A DNA stretch of 15,425 nt from Candidatus Odinarchaeia archaeon (GTDB taxonomy: Archaea; Asgardarchaeota; Odinarchaeia; Odinarchaeales; Odinarchaeaceae): assembly GCA_029856525.1 (NCBI GenBank), contig JAHQXC010000027.1:1-15425 (forward strand), given 5' to 3'. A program made the position numbers and the translations under genes. The notes under the pieces are model-generated. The model saw nothing but the letters and a program-made list of their open reading frames with translations. It had not been told where the DNA came from and did not search any database. Shown here in pieces: positions 8,364-15,195 of this stretch (the first letter of the stretch is position 1; each line of letters begins with the position of its first letter).

Positions 8364-8368
8364 ATTTT

Positions 8369-8965
8369 TCAACCAGAACTCTGCGGGATACTTACAAGCT
8401 TACTTTTCCTCACTTCACATTTACGGAGAGGAACTATCTTTTTAGCTTCATTATATATTTCAGACGCCACCTTCCCTAATACAGCTTCTTGCACAAACTG
8501 TTCAAAGTTAAGTTCACTAGCCTTCCTATAAACTACCTCTTTCATTATTTTTCTAACAGCCTGCTCTTGACTTGTTTTAGCCCTATTATTAGTGAAAGCG
8601 ATAGTTGATACTATCATCTTATAACCGTCTTTAGTGGAAATACTGAATCTCCCATCTATTCTAGTTGTCCCTCTTCTAATCAGGCTTCTTAAATAATCTC
8701 TCGCTAGATCATGGCCTTTAAAAATAGTGTAAGCTTTATTACCGTCAACGCTCGTTATTTGGAGAAATATTTTAACATGGATCAACGATATATCACCTGT
8801 TATATCATAGAGAGTGGTTTCTACAACTCTCCCTATCACCGCGTCTTTATTATTCGCCAAAGTCTGTCCGACTTCAATATTTCCAAGATATTTCGGGGAG
8901 ACAACTGTGAAAAACTCTTTCATCGCCCATTGATCTTTCGAAGCCGCGCTTCTCGAACTAGACAT
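8369..8965 (-). CDS. rps3ae: 30S ribosomal protein S3Ae (eS1)
   Basis: KDQWAMKEFFTVVSP, IGRVVETTLYDITGD, DYLRSLIRRGTTRID, IYNEAKKIVPLRKCEVRKSK. Confidence 0.97.
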   Translation of the reverse strand: MSSSRSAASKDQWAMKEFFTVVSPKYLGNIEVGQTLANNKDAVIGRVVETTLYDITGDISLIHVKIFLQITSVDGNKAYTIFKGHDLARDYLRSLIRRGTTRIDGRFSISTKDGYKMIVSTIAFTNNRAKTSQEQAVRKIMKEVVYRKASELNFEQFVQEAVLGKVASEIYNEAKKIVPLRKCEVRKSKLVSIPQSSG

Positions 8966-9108
8966 TTACGCATCCTCCAAACACTTTAAGATTAGATTTC
9001 CAAATACCTCTTTATAATATTTTTAAAGCTCCAACTTCAACTATTACCATTAAAGTTGGGGTAACTACTTAATTCGTTTATCAAATACTATTTATAAATA
9101 TACTTGTT

Positions 9109-9345
9109 TTACCTTAAACCTATTTTTAGACTATCTCTTAAATAAACTATGATGTTATCTAGTATTGCGATTATATAATCCATTCCATAAGTTAATGGAA
9201 AAGTTATTTCAAAATGATTTTCAGAAAATATTTTAAATTCGATCTCATTTAAATTAAATTTTTCTTTTAAATATTCTTTTAACATGTTTACGTTAGCTTT
9301 AACGCTATCAATAACCGATAGTTTCAAATTAATTTTCTTTAACAT
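9109..9345 (-). CDS. Putative divergent KEOPS subunit Pcc1
   Basis: 78 aa at the canonical pcc1 position between GAN and rps3ae; apparent beta-alpha-beta-beta-alpha pattern. Sequence similarity is weak by eye. Confidence 0.55.
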   Translation of the reverse strand: MLKKINLKLSVIDSVKANVNMLKEYLKEKFNLNEIEFKIFSENHFEITFPLTYGMDYIIAILDNIIVYLRDSLKIGLR

Positions 9346-9346
9346 T

Positions 9347-10804
9347 TCAATCCACGCCTATTTGGCTTTTTATAATCTTATTTAAATAAGATGCGAATGT
9401 TTCCTCGCTGCCTACAGGTATCTCCGCTCCAGCTGCTATATCATGACCCCCAGCTTCAGACTCAGTTAACCCCATTTCAGTTACCGCTTTTCTCAGCGCT
9501 TGGTTCAGATTTAACCCTTTTTTGACAAGCGCATCTGTTCCTCTAGCTGAAACCTTAACACCATCCCCTTCACTTTTATAAGCGAAGCATAAAAGTACCT
9601 TGTTTTCAGATCGCGCTGTAATTCTAGAATATATCGAGGCGATTGTAGCTATCATCCGGTCGTCTATAAGGTCTTCGCCATGTATTATTTTCAAGTATTC
9701 GTATTCTTTTACTCTACCAGGCTCTTTCAGCCAGCTTATATATTTTGATATTCTCTGTCTGTACTCGTTTATAATATTCTGAGCTTCTAAAAGAGCTTTA
9801 TCCCGGTCTCCTAAACACAGGGATACCGCTAGACCTGAGTATCCTAGCCGACTGCACGCGTTAAGCGTGTACGCGTACTCTCTTATATCTTTGAGAGGTG
9901 ACCCGTCTTCTTCGCTTGTGATAATATATTTTGTTCCTATTAACTGTTCAGCGCTTTTAGTATCGTAGCCTATTTGAAGCATGTAAGTGACTAGAGCACT
10001 GTAGAGTTTCACTTTCTCCTCCTGGTTTAAATCAGATAAAGTCCGCCAATCCCCGTCTCTTTTTAACTGTATATCCAGGTTAGTTAAAAATGCTATACAC
10101 TTATCCTCTTCACCGGTTAAACCCTCTATGAACGGGTCGCTCGTATATTTTAGCGCTAAATGAACAGGGCGAGTCTCAGAGCCGAATAATAAAATATCTT
10201 TAACAACTTTCACAAGCCCTCTGTTCACAGCGTCGCTAAGTATAATATCATTATTTAAACCTGTAAAAGTGCGTTGCGGTCCTTTATCTTGAATATCCCC
10301 AATCGCCCCCACTAAGGCTAGAGGAGATAGATCAGTATTCTTCTGGTTTAATGATTTAGCTAGAATATAGGTTACGCCGGCTCCGCTGATTTCACTTGAT
10401 CCGTTTAATCCGTGCAGGTGAGGGTTTAATTCAAGTATTGTATCAGTCTCTCGGCGAGTTAATATTTCATGATGATCGATTATGAAAACAGTTGTTTTAT
10501 CCCCTAGAGTCTGCGATATTTTTTCAAACTGACCGCTCCCCATATCTAGGAAAATATAAGCTTTCTTTTCACGACCGTCGCTTAACGCTTTAATTTCACT
10601 AGCACTTAAACGTTTAATTATTCGAACATTGAATCTGGCGTTCTCCCTTATAAGCGCCTTTGAAATTATACCTGCAGCTGCAACGCCATCAGCATCTATG
10701 TGTGATACTATTTGGAAAAACTTGTTTTCTTTTACCAGCTCTCTCAACTGTTTGCTTATATTATCAGCGCTCTTTAATAGACTAGAATACCTGTCATTCA
10801 TCAT
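9347..10804 (-). CDS. gan: DHH-family RecJ/Cdc45-like nuclease (GAN, GINS-associated nuclease)
   Basis: SHIDADG, FLDMGSG, IIDHHE, GAIGDIQ and AGGHDIAAGA (DHHA1) motifs; rps15-DHH-pcc1-rps3ae synteny is typical of the GAN orthologue. Confidence 0.85.
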   Translation of the reverse strand: MMNDRYSSLLKSADNISKQLRELVKENKFFQIVSHIDADGVAAAGIISKALIRENARFNVRIIKRLSASEIKALSDGREKKAYIFLDMGSGQFEKISQTLGDKTTVFIIDHHEILTRRETDTILELNPHLHGLNGSSEISGAGVTYILAKSLNQKNTDLSPLALVGAIGDIQDKGPQRTFTGLNNDIILSDAVNRGLVKVVKDILLFGSETRPVHLALKYTSDPFIEGLTGEEDKCIAFLTNLDIQLKRDGDWRTLSDLNQEEKVKLYSALVTYMLQIGYDTKSAEQLIGTKYIITSEEDGSPLKDIREYAYTLNACSRLGYSGLAVSLCLGDRDKALLEAQNIINEYRQRISKYISWLKEPGRVKEYEYLKIIHGEDLIDDRMIATIASIYSRITARSENKVLLCFAYKSEGDGVKVSARGTDALVKKGLNLNQALRKAVTEMGLTESEAGGHDIAAGAEIPVGSEETFASYLNKIIKSQIGVD

Positions 10805-10841
10805 AGTTTTTTTAAACCGTTAGAAAATTTATGTAAAAAGG

Positions 10842-11297
10842 TTAACGAGCGGTGCTCGAGACCGCTGCGTAAGTATACTTCCAGTCTAATGGCAGAATCT
10901 TCCTATTTTTATAGTATTTTGTTAATCTGTGAATTTTACTTTCAATTAATTGTAATCCACGTTTAGAGTGAAGGTCTTTAGGGTGCTCTTCTAAATGAGC
11001 TTTAAGTCTCTGAGCTTTTCTGACCAGATTCATTAAATCTTCAGGGTATTGCGGGGCTAGATTCTTCTCTCTGAGTATTTGTGTAATCCTTTTACCTGTT
11101 ATATTTTTAACTAATGGGATCCCATGCTGATCTCTTAAAATTAACCCTATTTTAGACGCGCTTTCACCGCTTCTAGCATATTTAACTATTAGAGCTTCCA
11201 CTTCTTCAGGTGTTCTCTTACACCATTCAGGTGCTTTTTTACTAGCCGGTCTAACTGACTTCGATTTCCCGTGTCTTTTAGAGTATAGTCGAGCCAT
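10842..11297 (-). CDS. rps15: 30S ribosomal protein S15 (uS15/S13e)
   Basis: MARLYSKRHGKSKS...ASKIGLILRDQHGIP...PEDLMNL...KDLHSKRGLQLIESKIHRL. Start moved to ATG 11297, after SD GGTGGAG. Confidence 0.97.
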   Translation of the reverse strand: MARLYSKRHGKSKSVRPASKKAPEWCKRTPEEVEALIVKYARSGESASKIGLILRDQHGIPLVKNITGKRITQILREKNLAPQYPEDLMNLVRKAQRLKAHLEEHPKDLHSKRGLQLIESKIHRLTKYYKNRKILPLDWKYTYAAVSSTAR

Positions 11298-11342
11298 ATT
11301 ACTCCACCAAATCAGAGATATGATATAATTCAAACAATCTTT

Positions 11343-11912
11343 TTAAACTTTTCTCAGAAACTCCCCTAATAATTTTAAAGCTTTAAACCTGTGTGAAAGC
11401 TTATTTTTCTCCTCTAAACTCATCTCCGCATACGTTCTACCATCCCCCTCTAACGGGATGAACACAGGGTCGTAACCCCACCCCTCCCCTCTGATATCTT
11501 CAGCGATAACCCCTGATGTTTCACCTATAAATATTTTAATAGGTGTTTTATCTGACTCTTTGAAGGCTATAACTGTTTTAAACACCGCTCTCCGATTATT
11601 CTCCCCGCGCAGTAGTCTTATTATCCCCTTATTCCCTAAAGTTTTAAAAACATAGGATGAAAACGGTCCCGGGAACCCGTTTAAACTATCTATAAATAGC
11701 CCTGTGTCTTCAACGAAAACAGGTTGTTTAAACTCTTTAACAATCTGGTTTAAGCTGTAAGTTGCTATATCAACTAAATCCGGTGACTGAATTTCTATTC
11801 TCTGAATATTTAAATGAGCTAATTCCACGTTATAATTTCTGAGAATTAGTTTAGCTTCTTCAATTTTATGAGGATTACCTGTTGCGAAATAGACTCTCCG
11901 CATTTCGATCAT
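11343..11912 (-). CDS. rdgB: XTP/dITP diphosphatase (HAM1/RdgB)
   Basis: FATGNPHK, EIQS, VEDTGL, GFPGPFS, GYDPVF, KNKLSHR. Confidence 0.96.
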   Translation of the reverse strand: MIEMRRVYFATGNPHKIEEAKLILRNYNVELAHLNIQRIEIQSPDLVDIATYSLNQIVKEFKQPVFVEDTGLFIDSLNGFPGPFSSYVFKTLGNKGIIRLLRGENNRRAVFKTVIAFKESDKTPIKIFIGETSGVIAEDIRGEGWGYDPVFIPLEGDGRTYAEMSLEEKNKLSHRFKALKLLGEFLRKV

Positions 11913-12541
11913 CTTCTATCTTGAATATACCTTCCCCTCTTCTCTATTAGAGTTATTCTTTTTATAACATCCTCAGCATCTTCACCCGCGGTCTCACGAT
12001 AACCTTCTAGCACCTCTCGAAAACTCGCTGAAGCGATTCGGAAATGCGTGCTCTCTAACGCTCTCTTCATCAAATGTAAATCCACGCCTTTATTTTCAAT
12101 ATCGGTTGAATGCTCGCATAAACCGAAATCTATGAAGTAAATATTTCCGGAGCTTGTTAACAACATGTTTGAAGTGGTTAAATCACCGTGTATTAAACCG
12201 TTTTTATGAAGTAAACCGATTAAAACCCCTATTCTCTTATTTAATTTTCTTCTTTCTATTTCATTTAGCTGTTCTAATATATTTTTAACTTTAACACCGT
12301 CTATGAATTCGTATATTATGCTAGTCCTCTCTAAATCTACATCATATACGATGGGTGTTGGAACCCCGGCGGCTCTAGCTTCATTCATCATTCTAGCTTC
12401 TGAAATTGTCCTGTAAGCTCTAAGCTTATAGTCTAAAATAGGATGACGGTAATTTTTCTTAATCCTCTCTTTTACGATGACATCGAAGCCGTACCATTTC
12501 GTTTTATAAAGACACGCTTCCGCGCCTTTCGCTATCAACAT
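11909..12541 (-). CDS. bud32: KEOPS kinase/ATPase Bud32
   Basis: IAKGAEA, RTISEAR, GVPTP, HGDLTTSN, IDFGL, DLHLMKRALESTH, RGRY tail. Confidence 0.97.
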   Translation of the reverse strand: MLIAKGAEACLYKTKWYGFDVIVKERIKKNYRHPILDYKLRAYRTISEARMMNEARAAGVPTPIVYDVDLERTSIIYEFIDGVKVKNILEQLNEIERRKLNKRIGVLIGLLHKNGLIHGDLTTSNMLLTSSGNIYFIDFGLCEHSTDIENKGVDLHLMKRALESTHFRIASASFREVLEGYRETAGEDAEDVIKRITLIEKRGRYIQDRR

Positions 12542-13283
12542 TTAAATCTCTCTCCAAGGTATATCCACTTCGTCAAGTCTCCATTTAGGTTTAATACGAC
12601 TCTCAGATAGTTTTATAGTTTTACCGCTCTTCATGTAAAGTATACCAGTCCACGCGATCATTAAACCGTTATCTCCAGCATACTCTTTAGGGACTACGTG
12701 AAACCTAGCGTTATGTTCCTCTGATATTATTTTAATCATTTCTTGAAGCCGCTTATTTGCGGCAACACCTCCAGTTAATAATACATCCTTCTTCTCGGTA
12801 TGGGCTAAAGCTCTCTCAGTAACCTCAGCTAGCATCGCGAAAGCTGTCTCTTGTAGACTATAACATAAATCCTCAACCTTATATTTTTTAATAATACCTG
12901 ATATTGCTGTAAGCAAACCAGAGTAGGAGAGATCCATCCCCTTCACTATATAAGGCAGCTCTATTAGTTCACCGCCTTTTTCCGCGTAAGCCTCTATCTT
13001 AGGACCTCCTGGGTGTTTAAAACCCATCAATCTAGCGAAACTGTCTAGAAGATTTCCAATCGCTAAATCTAAAGTTTCACCGAAAACCCGGTATCTGCCT
13101 GAATCATATGCTGCTACGATCGTGTTACCTCCTGAAACATATAATGTAAGAGGATCCTCTGTGTTAGTGGCTTTCCTCCCTATCTCAATATGAGCTATAC
13201 AGTGGTTCACTCCGATTAAAGGCTTTTTTAATATCATTGAAAGCGTTCGAGCCACTATTGCGCCTGTTCTCAGACAGGGCCCT
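12542..13283 (-). CDS. kae1: Kae1 tRNA t6A threonylcarbamoyltransferase, exon 2 of the predicted spliced gene
   Basis: Frame is open from GGG CCC TGT CTG AGA (GPCLRTGAIVAR) at 13282; contains NHCIAHIE, LYVSGGNT, GETLD, HPGGPKIE, GGVAAN, GDNG. Confidence 0.92.
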
Positions 13284-13315
13284 TTAAGCGCTTAATTTTT
13301 AGAAAAATTTAAGCT
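13284..13315 (-). other. Predicted 32-nt bulge-helix-bulge (BHB) intron in kae1 pre-mRNA
   Basis: CAGGGCCC-GGGU-UU^A-GCUUAA...UUAAGC-GCUU-AA^A-GGGCCCUG: 8-bp exon helix, 4-bp central helix, two 3-nt bulges, intron helix. Canonical cuts give an in-frame GPGL-GPCLR. Confidence 0.88.
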
Positions 13316-13557
13316 AAACCCGGGCCCTGAGAGAATGCTATAAAATCTAAATCTGAAAGATTGAGTTTAACACTGTTAAGCGCTTCTTTAATAGCTTTAT
13401 CAGCGTTTTCAAGGTGGTGTTGGACAGCCTCACGGGGGTGTATCCCACCTACAGCCGGAGTATATGTTTTCTGTACATTCGCTTTTATATTAAACTCTTC
13501 ATCGGTTATCCCTACACCGAATGTGTGAGCGGTGGCTTCTATCCCCATCCCTAACAA
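13316..13557 (-). CDS. kae1: Kae1 exon 1 of the predicted spliced gene (327 aa in total)
   Basis: MLGMGIEATAHTFGVGI...GGIHPREA...IAFSQGPGL; TTG start after GGGAG. Exons 242+742 nt = 984 nt = 327 aa plus stop. Confidence 0.92.
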
Positions 13558-13907
13558 TTCAGCACACTCCCTTCATATATCTTCTCAGAAAGATAGAATT
13601 ACACTGTAATATTTAATTTTTGATTAATATAAGCGACCTTGTTAAAATTTTATTTTAATAATTAAACCGGTAGGTGTAAGTAGAATTCACAGTAACCTTT
13701 TGTAATCTACTTATTAAGCTGAGCCGGAGACTCCGATACACTTGACAACAGGTCTTTTTAGATTTTCTAATAGGCTTCATCACTATGCTGTGAAAGATGC
13801 CGGCTTACATCAAGTAACTCATGGATAACATTATATATATTTAGGAGTAAATAATTGATAATAACTTAAGCTTCAAACTTAGTCTACTCAGGGAAGTAGG
13901 GGGTATT

Positions 13908-14423
13908 ATGGCATCCTATAAGTTTAAAATACCTTTAGTAGGCGATGGAGCTGTTGGGAAAACCTCCCTTATAATAAAATTCGTTGAAAACATGTTTAAA
14001 CACGAATATAAGTCTACGATCGGCGTTGACATATTCACTAAATCTGTGAAAATAGATAAAGATGATGTTTTAATAACTTTATGGGATATAGCAGGCCAGG
14101 AAAGATTTAAAATTATTAGAAAAGGTTTTTTCGAGGGTGCAGCCGGAGCTATAATAGTTTACGATGTTACTAGAAAGGAGACATTTGAAAACATTGAAAA
14201 CTGGTTGAAAGAAGTTCAAGAGTTCACAGGGCCTATACCTATGATTATATGCGGTAATAAAATAGATTTAGCCAACCAGAGGCAGGTTTCAACTAAACAG
14301 GGAAGCAGCTACGCTTCTAAACTTAATAAAACATTTATAGAGACTAGTGCTAAAACCGGTGAAAACGTTGAAAACGCGTTCATAGAATTATGCAGTGAAA
14401 TACTCTCAACACGTAAAAATTGA
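13908..14423 (+). CDS. Rab-like small GTPase 1 (Ras superfamily)
   Basis: GDGAVGKT, YKSTIGVD, WDIAGQERF, GNKID, ETSAKTG; no C-terminal Cys. Confidence 0.93.
   Translation: MASYKFKIPLVGDGAVGKTSLIIKFVENMFKHEYKSTIGVDIFTKSVKIDKDDVLITLWDIAGQERFKIIRKGFFEGAAGAIIVYDVTRKETFENIENWLKEVQEFTGPIPMIICGNKIDLANQRQVSTKQGSSYASKLNKTFIETSAKTGENVENAFIELCSEILSTRKN
14341..14374 (+). repeat. 34-nt exact direct repeat, copy 1 (G5 region of GTPase 1)
   Basis: AGACTAGTGCTAAAACCGGTGAAAACGTTGAAAA is identical to 14898-14931. Confidence 0.95.
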
Positions 14424-14440
14424 GCTTCGAGGTATGTTAA

Positions 14441-15118
14441 ATGTCAGCTGCAGGAAACACTGAAACCCATTTCGTGTTCAAGGTCCTCTTACTAGGCGAC
14501 GGAGCGGTGGGTAAAACCTCTCTTATATCTATGTTCACTAAAGGCTTCATTAAACAAGATTATAAAATGACTATAGGCGTAGATATAATGGCTAAAACAG
14601 TTAAAGTTGATGATAAAATAGCTAAATTATCTATCTGGGATTTAGCCGGTCAGCAGAGGTTTAAAGCTATAAGAAGCGCCTTCTACGGTGGTGTAGCTGG
14701 CGCGTTACTCGTATTCGATCTAACTAGAGCTTTAACCTTTAAGAATTTAGTTAACTGGCTTCAAGAGCTATACCAGTTCGGTAACCCTGAGTGTCCGACG
14801 ATATTAATAGGGAATAAATGCGATCTTGTAGAGCTTAGAGATGTTAGACAAGAGGACATAGACTGGTTTGTGTCTGAAATCGGAAGCGAGTATATTCAGA
14901 CTAGTGCTAAAACCGGTGAAAACGTTGAAAAAGCATTCATAAGTTTAACTAGAAAAATGATTGAGAAGTCAACCGGTAAAAAAATAAGAGTTGTCAAAGA
15001 TCAAAGTGAAGCTAAATATTATACTACAATCGACTCTGAAAATATTAGATCCGAGTCTAATAACGTTCACCGAGAGTCTGAAAGCAAAAATACTTTAAAT
15101 TCAAACCCTCATAGTTAA
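14441..15118 (+). CDS. Rab-like small GTPase 2 with a low-complexity C-terminal tail
   Basis: GDGAVGKT, YKMTIGVD, KLSIWDLAGQQRF, GNKCD, QTSAKTG; Ser/Asn/Glu-rich tail ending NPHS. Confidence 0.93.
   Translation: MSAAGNTETHFVFKVLLLGDGAVGKTSLISMFTKGFIKQDYKMTIGVDIMAKTVKVDDKIAKLSIWDLAGQQRFKAIRSAFYGGVAGALLVFDLTRALTFKNLVNWLQELYQFGNPECPTILIGNKCDLVELRDVRQEDIDWFVSEIGSEYIQTSAKTGENVEKAFISLTRKMIEKSTGKKIRVVKDQSEAKYYTTIDSENIRSESNNVHRESESKNTLNSNPHS
14898..14931 (+). repeat. 34-nt exact direct repeat, copy 2 (G5 region of GTPase 2)
   Basis: Identical to 14341-14374. Confidence 0.95.
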
Positions 15119-15195
15119 AAGACTACTAGCTGATTCCACTTTACACTCTTACAATTAACTCAGCTATCTAATAACATGTTAATGTGTGATATTAA

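Noticed and set aside
8711-8989. 92-aa plus-strand ORF
   Set aside because: Antisense to rps3ae, with no motif.
9600-9782. 60-aa plus-strand ORF
   Set aside because: Antisense shadow of GAN.
10629-10823. 64-aa plus-strand ORF
   Set aside because: Antisense shadow of GAN.
13283-13315. Programmed ribosomal frameshift at the U5/A5 runs in kae1
   Set aside because: Frame 1 stops at 13309, before the runs. Frame 2 has a stop at 13294-13292, after the runs. A single shift cannot connect them.
13284-13315. MITE or IS footprint, or group I/II intron
   Set aside because: Far too short for a self-splicing intron, has no exonic target-site duplication, and no transposase is present in the window.
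12542-13557. kae1 as a pseudogene or sequencing-error frameshift
   Set aside because: Both halves are intact and join with no residue lost; the 32-nt insert has exact BHB geometry; Kae1 is generally essential. Raw-read confirmation is still advisable.
11909-13557. Kae1-Bud32 fusion via readthrough
   Set aside because: A clear TAA is immediately followed by the bud32 ATG, consistent with translational coupling; nothing indicates recoding.
13715-13790. Canonical box C/D guide sRNA
   Set aside because: Box C is on the minus strand while the nearby CTGA is on the plus strand; no box D lies within a typical distance on the same strand.
14341-14941. DGR template/variable repeat pair
   Set aside because: Two adjacent mismatches fall at adenines of copy 2, but upstream mismatches do not, the repeat is short, and no reverse transcriptase is in the window.
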